Under the pieces are notes generated by a model, which did no database searches, was not told the DNA's origin, and saw only the letters and a program-made list of their open reading frames with translations. A stretch of DNA of 57,644 bases, the filler included, from Sphacelaria rigidula (Eukaryota): NCBI GenBank assembly GCA_964200075.2. It is 3 parts of 3 records of this genome, joined end to end, with 100 filler letters (N's around TTAATTAATTAA, not from the genome) between each part and the next. Parts side by side here need not be neighbours in the genome. Positions count along the whole stretch, not along the records: positions 1 to 19,154 come from CAXNAA020000724.1; positions 19,255 to 38,400 come from CAXNAA020000725.1; 1 more part is not named here. One strand, 5' to 3'. Position numbers and translations under genes: made by a program. Below, piece by piece: positions 13,700-37,091 of this stretch. Within the stretch, counting starts at the first letter, position 1, and each line of letters starts with the position of its first letter.

Positions 13700-14260
13700 C
13701 GACCCAACGTCTACAGCCGATATACGATCGTGCTCATCTGCTGCTTTGTCAAATTTTACTCCCCGCCCGTCACAATCGGCGAATTGGTTAATTTACACAC
13801 CCTGGACAACAGATTCTATTGTAAAAAAATGTATTGCGAAAGGTATGGAATATTTTGTCTGCTGCAATGCGCGCAAAAGGCAATACTGTACACAGTACAC
13901 TTTTTGACAGTGTATTTTATTGTCCAGGGTGAGTAAATTTATTCCTATATTTTGGTGCAGATCTCGACACGTTGCATTTCTCGGACGAGCCTTCTCTTTC
14001 ATTTTGCAGATTTTCAGAAGTTGAATTTCACCCGCGTCCCGACGTCTATAGCCGCTACGAGTATACGATCGTGCTCATCAGTTAATGTGTCAAATTTTAC
14101 TCCCCGATCGTTTAAATCGGCGAATTAGTAAATTAAAAATGTATTCCTATTCTTTGGTGCAGATCTCGATACGTTGCATTTCTCGGACCAGCCGTCAGTT
14201 TGTTCTTATTTTTTGGTGCAGATCTCGATAAGTTGCATTTCTCGGACGAGCCGTCCTGCT
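13700..14260. repeat. Degenerate local tandem repeat array
   Basis: TATACGATCGTGCTCATC...GTCAAATTTTACTCCCCG occurs twice; TTTGGTGCAGATCTCGA...GTTGCATTTCTCGGAC.AGCC occurs three times (~13951, ~14153, ~14212). Confidence 0.8.
13796..13933. mobile_element. 138-bp MITE with TA target-site duplication (Tc1/mariner-type)
   Basis: TA|CACACCCTGGACAA...TTGTCCAGGGTGAG|TA, with imperfect inverted repeats of ~40 bp. It is absent from the neighbouring repeat unit near 14120. Confidence 0.75.
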
Positions 14261-14665
14261 AATCCGCTATTATTCAAATGTTACTCCCCGCTTGCCCTTG
14301 TCTACGAATTCGTAGAATTTCCCAATTATTTTCTGCAGATTACATACGTTGCATTTCACACACGACCCGTGTACTCGTGTACAACCGCTTCACGTTCGAG
14401 CTCCTCGGCTAATTAAAATTTTCTCGAGCGTTGGCTATTGTTCTCTTCAGCTAATTTCATCTGCAACCTCCCATATATTCCCAGACGCGGAACATCCGCC
14501 TCTGTGTCGATCCACAGGTCAAACTGTCTCGCCAGCACCCAACCCCTTCGCCATCATTATTTTTGGCACCCCCAACACAACCTAAACTATGCCGCACATT
14601 TATATGTCGGCCCCTCTGATTTCGATCAACGTCCCGAGTACAGTGAAGTGATTGAGAACGGTGTT

Positions 14666-14972
14666 ACGGTGTTACCATCAGAGGGGATCTCAAGGCACAG
14701 GGTAATATTAATAGGTACATCCCACAAGAAATGGATGTGGTCATACGTGCGTATTCCTGGGTGCTGCCAGCCTGCGACGCTGAGCAAGGAGGTCGTATCC
14801 GGTCATCCGGACGGTTCAAGCTGAAAGCTTGGGATCGGATGCGATCCCCTTGACTTCCTCAGCGTTGCAAGCTGGCAGCACCCAGGAATACGCACGTATG
14901 ATCACGTCCGTTCCTTGTGGGATGCACCTAAAAAACCCTGTGCCTTGAGGTCCCCTTTGATGGGAAAACCGT
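14666..14972. repeat. Long foldback (arms ~140 nt, short loop): hairpin-RNA/miRNA precursor or MITE
   Basis: Perfect 31-bp core (14741-14771 pairs with 14871-14901) extended on both sides with few mismatches. Confidence 0.85.
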
Positions 14973-16389
14973 TGACCAAGTCCACAGCCCGCTCGATCGC
15001 GGACGATAACGGATATCACCGAGGTCGACAAAATATATACGCCTGCTCCTCTCCTGTGAAGGATCGCTCGTCTGTTCATTCCTTTTCTGTCGAAACACTT
15101 GCGCAGGCCGCTGGTCTGACTGCGAAAATTATCGAGTTCATTTTAATTATTTTTCGATTTCATATTGTCTCTCCCTTGCGTTGTCTCTCCCTTGTCCAAA
15201 AAATAGAATCCAACCGATCTATCCTCAAACAATCTTGAATAAATTACTTCATTATATAAGGCTACTGCCCCTAGGTGTGGGAGTGGTAGTCTCGGAAGCC
15301 ACGGACTTGACCGTGGGACGTGCCTAGACAGTTCGTTCTTGTGTGAAGGGAGACTCCAGAGTCGAGATGAGAAATGACCTCGAGGGGTGCCGGGAGAGGC
15401 ACCACCTCGAGTTAGAGTATGACTAATACTCCGGGGACGGGATAGATAATGACCCACGGGGACAGACTAGTGTTCCAGAGGGAACGTTCCCGGAACAATG
15501 CCGGAGACATGAACATTCATGGAACGGAGCGGAGGGATCCATAGAATATTCTCGGGAACTACGCCGAGGGAGATATGGTCCCGTCGCGGTGTGTGGACAC
15601 GTGGAAGACTTGTGGACTACCCTGGTACTCATACATATATATTTTTAAGCTTTCGATCGAAAAAAGACGGTGACATTCGTGGAACGGTACACGTTCACTC
15701 GTGTACAGTACACTACGGTACAGACAGTCTGTACTGTCTGCAGTGCTTGCAAGCACTGTCTTGAGTGCGCGTGTGCGTGTTTCGTACGGGAGGATGTATG
15801 ACAGAAGCGGGCAACGTGCAGTGCAGGCAGCCCAGGACTATCAGTTCTCTCTGCTTACATTGCGACGTGAAAAGGACTTCAGCAACGTGCAGCTTTGTAC
15901 TGCTTGCACTGTCCATGAGCGTGCACGCAACTCGGTTGCCCACCGTATCACGCAGTTCCGTCGCTGATCCCTACCATGAAGGAAGATAGGCAAGTTTCCG
16001 CCAACAAAAAATAAACAAAGCATACCCAACAACTGCAGTGTATCTATCTATTCCTGGGTTCAACTCGTGCTCTATTCTGCAGGGTTGCGGTGGTAGCTGA
16101 GAATGAGTCGGATGGAGTTTGTATGGTCCTGTGAACAGGTGTTATCTGGCGTGGTGGTCTATAAGATAGGAGTCACGTGCCGCTTCGTGGCTTTCGACCG
16201 CATGTTTTCGATCGAAAATGATACTTTTTTGTCTCAATAATTTTTTATTTTCGCGCCGCTAAATATATTTTTGAGTTGAAGCCTTCCAGGAACATGAATG
16301 CGGCGGACCTACCAGATCGGCAAAAAAAATCGACCGCACTTTTTCGATCGAAAAAAGAGTGCGAAGACACGCCCTTGAACAAGTTGTTA

Positions 16390-16694
16390 CGGAAACCAAT
16401 CCGTGTTTGTACAAATATAAGGAGTTCAGCCCGTCTATAGCCGATTTTCTCCCGTGGATTGATTTTTCGGACCCCAGTCCGTTACAGGGGAGATGCGGGA
16501 ATCTTCCGATCTGAGCAGAAAGGTGATGAACCAAAAGTAAACGTCCAGAGAATCGGAGAATTGGTCTGTTTTCCTCAGAGCTAGGCGAAAAACAATGCCC
16601 AACTGACTGGGGTCCGAAAAATCAATCCACGGGAGAAAATCGGCTGTAGACGGGCTGAAATCCTTATATTTGTACAAATACGGATTGGTTGCCA
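16390..16694. mobile_element. ~305-bp MITE with ~93-bp terminal inverted repeats
   Basis: 16390-16483 is the reverse complement of 16601-16694 with about 5-6 mismatches; TA on the left flank. Confidence 0.8.
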
Positions 16695-16871
16695 TGAAAA
16701 ATGGTCGTAGTGGCAGCTGTCCATTTGTTTTGTTTTCAAGTCAAAATGATGTAAGGGCCGGACAATCAATGATTCGTCTGGAAATTACTTGGTTTTAGTA
16801 TGGCTAATTCGACTCGTACCAATCAATCCCTAGGCTTTGTTTCCAGCGTTGCTAACCCAGGTACACGCAGC

Positions 16872-17012
16872 CTAGACACGTGGAATGGCGCAAAAGTTGC
16901 GTGGATACCCCTTGGACCAATGGTTAACTTTTTTCTCCTCTTTGGGTAATCAGCCCTAAGAAATCGTGAATTTGGTGATTCGAACCCGTGATGATTCGCC
17001 CTAACCGTGAAA
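16872..17012. repeat. Inverted-repeat arm matching 19016-19154
   Basis: TGGAATGGCG.AAAAGTTGC..GGATACCCCTTGGACCA...AAGAAATCGTGAATTTGGTGATTCG...CGTGATGATTCG.CCTAACCGTGA matches the reverse complement of the end of segment 1. Confidence 0.8.
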
Positions 17013-17187
17013 TGATGCCAATTCACAAAATGTATAAATTGTCATAATTTTGGCTTGTTAACAAAACAAATGGACACCTGCCACTAACACACGATTGTGG
17101 GGGAAAAGTGGGGAAAAGTGTCTCAACATACCATTGTGGGGAGTTCGGTCTCAAAATGGCTGTGGCGATGGGGTTAGCATCACGTGA

Positions 17188-17597
17188 CCGTTGTGGCGTT
17201 CGTGAACGGCAAATGGGCGGGAAAAGAACCGAATGTGTGGGCGCGCCATGGTTGGAGTTGGCGCGTGAGTCCCCTTGCGCGCAGTGCACCGCATCAGGTA
17301 CAGTGTGGGAAGCGATGGCCCAGTATAGGTACTTTCTGGGCCGACTGGTGGCCCACATACGGTACGATCCACAAAGAATCCCTAATTTAGGTATATCTCG
17401 CGAGTAACATGTTTTTTTTTCTGATTTTTTTTCAAGGCCCGGGTGCCGAGGAGTCCCGCGATTGCTGTGCGTGAAAAATTCTGGGTGAAATTGGTGTAGT
17501 TTGTATGTTTTGCTGTCTTCGCGTTTCTGGTCGTTTTTCGTGCCATTCTTATCATGGACAAGATGCGAGAAGATATACCTTTCTAGGCCATTGCTCT
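17188..17597 (-). mobile_element. Inverted copy of the 12350-12829 element with a ~71-bp internal deletion
   Basis: Reverse-complement match lacking the segment between GAGATAT (12547) and GAGGTAT (12618). Confidence 0.8.
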
Positions 17598-17601
17598 TTA
17601 A

Positions 17602-18290
17602 CCCTTGGACAGCGAGCGTCGCCTCGGAACAGTTCACAGGCTGACAGTCCGGAAACATTCGGGGGTCTCTACTGGCCGGGGGGGTAGTTTTCGACGGAGG
17701 GGGGTGTCTGTTCGCAAAGTAGCCGGAAAGCTCACCAAGTCAACCATATGTATTTGGAAGTTTCCCGCGGAAGATTCTAAGCCAGGAAGGAGGCCCAAGA
17801 GGCGCGAAATGACCATTCTTACCAATCATGGTCGTCAAAATAAGCCCGTGGTTCCTCTCCAGCCTACGCGTGGACTACTCCGCTGTCTACTGGCATTTTT
17901 CATTATGGTCATGACAAATCAACCATAGAGTACATGGGTACAAATAACTTGTTTCGTACTCTACTCGAGGTCTGTGTCGCCTGTGTTACGCCTCGTGTGT
18001 TGCCAGCATCGCTTCACAATGTCTGTAGTGCTGTTGTTGAACACTAAGCAGAGGCATCAGGAGCATGCAGTAAAATGTGTCCAGTCGAGAACGATGGCAC
18101 ACTTGTGCCGTCTCTTGCCGTTGTATCCAGCGAAGACATACAGCACACATACATGCTGACTCTGCACGCAGTTGACTGCAGGGTCAAAACTGGTCAAGGG
18201 TTCTCCGGGACTATTTTCTATACAGATGCCAAATATCCACATGTTCATGAAAAAGGCGTTTTGTGTAGCGAGGACGGAGCTGTTCTAAAC
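17602..18290 (+). mobile_element. Decayed element starting with a piggyBac-like end (TTAA|CCCTTGGAC); diverged copy at ~19350-19990 (-)
   Basis: TTAA at 17598-17601 followed by CCCTTGGACAG. Colinear similarity to the reverse complement of 19350-19990, including peptides STICIWKFPAEDSKPG vs STMCVWKFPTENYKPG. Confidence 0.6.
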
Positions 18291-19154
18291 CTCACGTAGT
18301 CCAACTCAGTCCACCTGCTGCGGGGTCGCTGTCTAACGGCTCACACAGCTCCGATGCACGCTGCGCCTGTTCTGGTTTTATCCTCTGTTGTAGTCACTGA
18401 TGGTATATCCAAACAGTTTCATCTTCGCGACTTCCCATGCATGGTGCGGATATAGTCCATGACTTCCATTTTGTCAACCATTTTGTCTTGAAATTATTTT
18501 GTCAACCGTTTTGTCACTCATTTTGTCAATCCACCGCCCTGCGTCCTTTGCCAAAACGTGTCGGATATCTGGATATCTTCACGCCAATCGCGCCGCCCGC
18601 GGTTTTATCATGCCTCCTCTCCAATGTTGATCGCAGGTCCAAGGCTATCGACATCTCGAGCCCGCAACGGTGCGGCAAATGTCGGAGAACTCTGCAGGCT
18701 AGGGAATCTTACACGCGCTGGTTGTCGACGTCCACATGCCGCTCGTGCCTTGACGTCGCCGTCGGTAAGCGAAGTATATTTTTTTTCTCAATTGTTTCCG
18801 CAAATTAGTCTATATACAGTAAAGTACGTCAGGAGCAAGCGCAAGCTCGAAACTTTGATCGCCACGTCTCTTTTTCTTCTGCAACTTTCGACGGAGTTTT
18901 TGGGTCAGCAATACCGTCGGGATTGATTTTCGCTCTTGTACTAATAATGGGTCCGGTTTTTGGTACAGACTTCGTAGGCTAGTTGGGAGGTTCAGCGGTC
19001 GTGGGTAACTAATATATCACGGTTAGGACGAATCATCACGACTACGAATCACCAAATTCACGATTTCTTCGGCCTGACTGCCCAAAAGCTGGGAAAAAGT
19101 TGACCGCTGGTCCAAGGGGTATCCCGGCAACTTTTACGCCATTCCACCTCTCTG

Positions 19155-19254
19155 NNNNNNNNNNNNNNNNNNNNNNNNNNNNNNNNNNNNNNNNNNNNTT
19201 AATTAATTAANNNNNNNNNNNNNNNNNNNNNNNNNNNNNNNNNNNNNNNNNNNN
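19155..19254. other. Artificial contig spacer (N44-TTAATTAATTAA-N44)
   Basis: Exactly 100 nt; the central 12-mer puts stops in all six frames; identical to the spacer at 38401-38500. Confidence 0.98.
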
Positions 19255-19339
19255 GTCAAAATTTCAGCGTCCAACTCCTAATATCGCGCCGTGCGTCGCC
19301 TGAGCGAGGTTCGCGCCTACTCTTGGCTGGCCCAGCTCG
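19255..19339 (+). mobile_element. Right end of the TA-TSD MITE family seen complete at 43912-44503
   Basis: Near-identical to 44419-44503; ends GCTGGCCCAGCTCG|TA. Confidence 0.85.
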
Positions 19340-19349
19340 TATGCGATTT

Positions 19350-19990
19350 TTTGGACTCAGACCGGCTCTTTTCTTGCTACACAAAACGCCTGTTTTCATA
19401 ATCATGTGGATGTTGGGCGTTCATATAGAAAACAGACCTGTAGAACTCCTGGGCGGTTTTGACCCTGCGGTCTGTTTGCGTGCAGTCAGTATGTGTGCTG
19501 CACGCCTCCGCTGAATGCAACGGCGAGAAAGAGTCAGCGTGTCATCGCTCTCCACTGCACACATGTACTGCATGCTGAATATGCCTCTGCTAAGTGTTCC
19601 ACAATAATACTCCAGACAGTGTGAGGGCATGCTGGCAGCACATGACGGGTCAGGCCGGCGGCACAGACCACAAGCACAGTACAGAACACGTTATTTATGC
19701 TCACGTAATCTATGGTTGATTTCTCCCGACCAAAGTGAGAAATACGGGTACACAGCGAAGTAGTCCATCTGTAGTTGACCTGTAGGGGAACAAACATGAC
19801 CATTGTGATAGCCGTGATTGATCAGAATGGTCACTCCGCTCTCCTCATGCCTCGTTCCTGGCTTGTAATTTTCCGTGGGAAACTTCCAAACACACATGGT
19901 TGACCTGATGAGCTACCCCTTACCCCCCCTGGAAACCCCGGATGTCCCTGCACTGTCAGCCTGTAAAACTGTCAAGAGGCGACGCTCGCT
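19350..19990 (-). repeat. Diverged copy of the 17602-18290 element
   Basis: Colinear reverse-complement similarity along ~640 bp. Confidence 0.75.
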
Positions 19991-21094
19991 GCATAAGATA
20001 AATCTGGATTCGAGTACGGGCGAAAATGTTGAAGAATTATAGGCGCACATGGAGAATATGCTTAGTTCAGGTACACACGATCCTGTCGCTTGTCACTATC
20101 CCTCGGGCATCAAGCATTTTTCGGAACAATTACACAGTGTGACCTTCGTTACTTATAGTCAGTCGTTTTGGTGATATTTGCTGCTTGCGTTCGGTGTTTC
20201 ATTGACCACGCATCCCTTTCGAGACGAAGCACCATTCCTACTCCTAATGGAGAAACCTCCAATTTGTTTTGGCTATTTCGGGGAGTTCGGATTAGATGTT
20301 CTGGTGAAAGACGTACCGCTTACTAACAGGGGGAATCTGGGCCCGCTGGGCCATTGCCACCCTCACATATCCGTGTGGTGTTGGGTACAGTCTAGACTAC
20401 AATTCAGTACCGTGCAATTACATTGTGTGGGTAGAAAGCACGAGCGGTGAAGTTGCCACTATCGCATGTGGTTTGATCTGTATGAAGGTGTTACAAGCTC
20501 GAGTCTGCGGGTGCGCCCCTGCGAGAGTCGTCGCAGCAGACAGACAACGGGCCCGTACTCCAACCCACCTGCTCAACCGTGGGCATAGACTGCTACACTT
20601 GCCACGCGCAAAGAAAAGAGTTTGTGATTCTGTCTGACTCAGCGCCCCGAGGACTATAAAACAGCCATTTACGCGTAGAATGGTCATTCTGCAAACGTCC
20701 GTGAGATTATCAGGCTGTATCGGAACAGAAAGCGTCTGGCGATGTTAAGGGCGCAGTCTTGGAGATGACCTTTTGTTGGCGTGGCTTGGTGGATTCGGAA
20801 TAGTTGTTCCGATGAAAGATACAACAATTACACACACATAGAAACAGCGGTATCTGCAGTTAGGTGAAGATCACTTGGAGCGGTGACGGTGCCACTACTC
20901 GACTCTGCATCGGATGTAAAGTATGTAGGTTTCTCAAGCTGTAGCCTTCGGGCGCCGCTGTGAGTCTTAGGAGCAGACCCCACACTTCAAACCGCGTGCT
21001 CAACCGTGAGTATAGACTGCTGCACTTGGCATAATTCAAGCTGTTGTCTGTTTTTTTAGCGCCCGGTGGCCATAAATGAGCCATTACAATGGTA

Positions 21095-21710
21095 TTTTTT
21101 CAATAATATGGAGACGGAATTTTTGGAGATTAGGCGTCTTAACACAGCACACCTGGCGTCTGATGATGCTGAAAGTTGACGTATGTATGGGTTGAAGCCG
21201 CAGGTAGGTGTTGACGCAGCAGTTTCGGCAACCCAAAACGTTTTGTGCGCTCTGTGGCTTGAAAGGATGGTTATGCACGATACTGGGGTGATTCCGAAAA
21301 CTGGAATACTTTCTGATGACAATTGTAGAGGCTAACGATATGAAATCCGCGCGGAAGCAGGGGTTGATCTTGCCGTCGCTGTTGTATACGGCGGCCCCCT
21401 GTCGGTCGAGGCTGGCACCAGGACGGAAAATAATCACCAATTAAGGCTCTCCATACGTTAGAGGCAGATGCCCTTGAGTTTTATACGCCATGTCGAGCAA
21501 GACGCGGCCGCACAACGTAGCCGAAGAGAAAAGTGTCTTCTGCTAACGACACCTACGGACCTGCTGGAGCAAGGGACAACGCCTCCTCTCTCGCAGTGCC
21601 AGACTTAGCGTGGCGGTTGCTACGATGGTCTGAGAATGACAGGGGCGGCTGCTGTAGTTTTCTTTTATCAGAATCAACCGGATATTCTTCGGTGACATGT
21701 TCCCACGTGA
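21095..21710 (+). repeat. Dispersed degenerate repeat, copy 2 (copy 1 at 4355-4978)
   Basis: Colinear similarity as above. The adjacent 20878-21085 is itself similar to 20442-20670. Confidence 0.8.
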
Positions 21711-22194
21711 GAGGCGCATGATCATCCTTTGGCGGAGCTTTCACTAGGTTCCAAAAAAAAGGACAGAGGGCGAGTTGCAATTTGAAGTTTTTTTCACGGA
21801 TGGATCGCGGGTATTCTAGCCCTCCCTGCCCAGGCGTGGTTCCCACCCTACAGTCAATGCTACACTACTCATTATTTTGCTACTATTAATAGGAACACAC
21901 AGTGTGAACTCCGTCGGGTGTTGCCGTGGCGGGATACATGTCGTTCAATAAAGGCTTACTTCTTTTGCAGTGATACGCATCCTCTTCCATTCGGCTGCCA
22001 AATGCGCGGTGACTGGTCTGTAGCGCCAGGTATCCGTGCTGATGTGGCGACTCTCTCTCTTCCAAGGACGTCTGCCCCTCTAGTCTCAGTATATTGTAGG
22101 CCCAAGAGCATGACCGTCTCAAAGTGATGCCTCGGATGAATTGTTATCGCTGTAACATGCTTCCATAATATTGAAAAGGAACAACACTGATTAT

Positions 22195-23238
22195 CCCTTT
22201 TGGGACCGGGTCTCCAGAACGACCGATGAGGCTGGTCAGGAATGACGTGTCTGGCGTCTGCACGAAGCAGTGGCGTGTTGATGAGAATCCGCACACATGA
22301 AACCGCAGGGTTATGATGAAGACCGAAAGTTTCATCCAATCTATTTTCAAGTGCAGGGTGCGCATGAGGTAATCTACATCTGATGTAGCAAGCAGTATGG
22401 GTCGCGGTATAGAGCTTCCAACAGGATGCGGCGACCGGCGGGCCGCCCACCACTTATGGCTTTGGATGATATTATTGTCCCCATCACCTCGCCACACAGC
22501 CCTCTGTGGTAGGGGTGGGTCGCCATTTCCCTCTTTGTTGCATGCGGCAACTTCTTTTCGAAGGGTATCAGCGTTGCGGCGCGCATACATGCAGTATAAT
22601 ACAGTACAGTGCAGTACGCCGCCTCTCCGACTGCAGTAGCAGCTGCCGCTGCATACTCCCTTGCACGTTCTGGGCAATTCCCAGCTACCGAGATCAACTG
22701 CCTATATACCGCTTTTTCATCCCCGCCCACTACGCGCATGTTAACTGCACACTGCAAGTCATCGATCGGCAGGGAGATAGGCAGAATTCATGACGGTAGC
22801 TCCTTTTGTCTTTCCACGGCCCACCTGGGTTCAGTGCATCCTGAAAATGACCACATTGTAGCATGCACACTCCTTCCCGGTTTCTTCCGCCCCACCCTAT
22901 GTTAGTGTAATTACTTCGTTTTGGTATATAATTGGGACCCCCCCCCCCCCCGAGAAAAACTCGGAACATTACACTGAATGCAAGTAGTACCATGAAAACA
23001 AGCTGCGACCACCCTGCATTTGGAAACATGGGAAAGCTTGGCTGGGTCAGGGATAGGCCCCCCACACGATCTTTGCAGTGGCATCACAATCGACAGCATC
23101 CCCCGCGCTGGTCGTTCGGGTCTGATCAATGAATTCCGCCTCGTCGTGATTGAGCAGGTCGCTTCCTGACTTCTTATTTTCATTATTTCGCCAACACAGG
23201 GTCAACCCTAAGCTAGAGGGGGGTCGGTCCCAAAAGGC
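22195..23238 (-). mobile_element. ~1.04-kb non-autonomous TIR element, piggyBac-like
   Basis: TTAT|CCCTTTTGGGACCG...CGGTCCCAAAAGG; full-length inverted homolog of 37092-38119. Confidence 0.7.
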
Positions 23239-24370
23239 TTCGGAGCAGAATTGACACACTCGGAACGTCCGCGGGACTGTCAGGGTATTCTCGGGACAGG
23301 AAAACCTTTGACGCTTAAAGTGTTGACCCTGGCAATTCCCTGGACTTCAAGCTGAGCTGCTCCTGTCTTTTTGCGGGCACTATATCCTAATAACAACGGT
23401 TCGTAACTCCTGTAGTCGCCAACACCAGACGATGAAATTGTTGGACCAAAAACTTAGCTCTTGCTTCCAACATGTTTTTCGTCGTCCGCCTGAACCGGTA
23501 CGTAAATTATTCCTTGAAAATGCAACACACCACACACCACAGGTCAAAAGCACGGCAACACAGGGACCCACTGATTTCGCACAAGACTCGCCATCATTGG
23601 CAAAGAAACATCTCTCAAGAACGTTACGGCCATTAGACAACTCCGACCCCCGATGGGACGATATGAGTACGTCCAACAGCACATGAGTGGCCAAGCGAAA
23701 GATCGCCGGAATATTGTTCCGAAATCCAGGTAATTGGGAATTTTTCCCAGGTTCCATCAGGGAACCCGAGAAACACAATCTCCGGTATTCTCAACCCCCC
23801 TGCAGCTCATCTGAGGCCACATGCCGTAGCTAAGACCGCCATATCACACGTGTACCCAGCACTATCGTACCATGTTCCAGCGCCGGTCACCAGCGGCAAC
23901 ATACGCGTCCAACGATGTACCCACCTTTCGAGACCCAACCAAATCCCAAGTAGGTCTCTATCGTCTTCCGTCCTTTTTTGAATGCCGTTCACCTCTTTAT
24001 GCACAAGATGTATCTCCTTCTTTCTCCCGGTTTCGTTGTATCAGTCTGCTTGTTACACACCGTTCAGCTTCCAGGGTAAGTGATGAGGAATGTCGCGTTC
24101 AATTTCTTCCTTCTATTAACCAAAAAAATAAGACCGAATCTCAAGCGGGCTAATACCAGCCAATGGGGGTTGGCTATCAAAAAGAACAGTTTTCACCTGA
24201 CTTGTATCGACATTTTCCAGCGCGCAACAACACCGTGTAAAACTCAGAGGGGGAGGAATCAACTAGGGAAGAACAGCGCTCAAGCAGGACGAAGGACCCA
24301 GCGTTCAAAGGAGACACCCTCTCCCCCCCTTTTGGTGTGGGTTACTTTACACCCCACCAACTAAACCCAT

Positions 24371-24454
24371 AAAAAGCAAAAAACACCAAACAAAAAACAG
24401 AAAAAAAACACCCCCCTCTCTCCTCCTCCTCTCCAATCTCTTGGGTCTCGCCAG
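24371..24454 (+). promoter_or_regulatory. Candidate PABP 5'UTR exon with A-rich (autoregulatory-like) tract
   Basis: 24371-24410 is 31/40 A, followed by a pyrimidine tract and donor CAG|GTGAGA at 24455. A plausible acceptor TTCCTTTTCCATGCAG| ends at 24869, upstream of the ATG at 24984. The TSS is unknown. Confidence 0.55.
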
Positions 24455-24983
24455 GTGAGAGATGCACTTGTTTTAGGTTATAGAGCGATTGGGGGATTGC
24501 AATTGCGGTAGTACCGTTGCGTGGACCGCAAGCGCGAAGCTAGCTGGAGTTAGGTAGCAGTAGTCACGTGAATGGAGTAGAGCATCCTACGTATGTTTCA
24601 GGGGCTGCGCCCTGTGTTTGGGTCAACAAACTCCACCAGAGAAGTATAGGCCGTTAGCCTTTCGAGAGCAAGAGTAGCGAGCAAAGGAGAACCACTGCTG
24701 GGGCGGTCTTGTTTGTTCAAGCTGACTTCATTTTTGCGACTGAATATCAGCCACGGTACGGTGACGTCTTCAACGTACTCCACCATTGACAACTCACCCA
24801 ACCAACCCCGGCCCCTCATTCCCCCCATCCTACCTCGCTCGTCTGCCACGACGTTCCTTTTCCATGCAGCCCAGAGTATCCCCCGCAAACTTCCTTCTCC
24901 CTCTACACAACAACTCTCTTCCAACCCGATTCTTGCGCACGGACGCACAAAGTCTCCGCTAAGTTTCTGAGTGTTCGGAAACA

Positions 24984-36356
<11,373 letters not shown>

Positions 36357-36478
36357 GTACGATGCCATTCACTTTTAGTCCGTGTATGTCGATCCTGCAC
36401 GTTTCCGTCTTGCTTCGATTCATGGATTACCGTGTTGTCCGCCCTGGCCCATTGGTATGACCGTATGGCCAACACTGT

Positions 36479-36650
36479 ACAGGCCGGTTCACGGGAAAAC
36501 CCCCAAAAAACACTCATTGACGGAACTTCACGCCGTATAGAGGAGTTGGACTTCGAAATTTTGCACAAGTGCTCTATGGATCACTACGCAATTCTTCAAG
36601 GTCGAGGTATCTTCACTTCTCGACATTTTTCACCGTTTGTCGGGGGTCTC
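36479..36650 (+). mobile_element. TIR-element end fragment; second copy at ~49809-49980
   Basis: ACAGGC.G.TTCACGG.AAA.CCCAAAAAACACTCAT...AACTTCACG...GAGGAGTT.GAC...GAAATTTTGCACAAGTG in both copies; partial inverted copies at ~50050-50125 and ~50455-50520. Confidence 0.7.
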
Positions 36651-37091
36651 AGATTTCTCGTGGGAACTCCGATCCAGTCGGAACCCAGTGGAACGGTGAA
36701 AACGAAATAATTCGCAAAAACCCGTTAATCGGAACCTTTTTTATCACCCATAAAACGTTTGTGCAAAATTCCATGTCCTCACTTCTTGTAACGGCGTGCA
36801 GGGTTTCGCGATTGTTTATGAACCCAACCGTGCGACGGTGAATCCACAAACAACTAAAATTTAAGAGTCAAAATAGCGTGTTTTGGCCTCATTCGACGCT
36901 ACCAGGCGAATTCGAGCATCAGTTCACGAGCTGGGCCAGCCTGGAAACGGATTTGAGTTCTGAAATTATTATCTCATCGGCACAGACGGGCTGGGCCGTG
37001 ATCCGCATATCGTATTAATTCCCTAATCAAGGGAAAGGTGCCCATCTGCTCAAAAGTTTGGGCCCATGTTTTCTATTTTCTCGTTGATTAA

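Noticed and set aside
13941..14260. CRISPR-like repeat-spacer array
   Set aside because: Only three irregularly spaced degenerate units, eukaryotic context, and no cas genes.
17602..19990. Large inverted-repeat structure spanning the first gap
   Set aside because: The two copies lie on different, artificially joined contigs.
24079..24200. Box C/D snoRNA (GTGATGA...CTGA)
   Set aside because: No terminal stem or recognisable rRNA guide; expected by chance. A GTGATGA in the PABP intron at 32793 lacks a D box.
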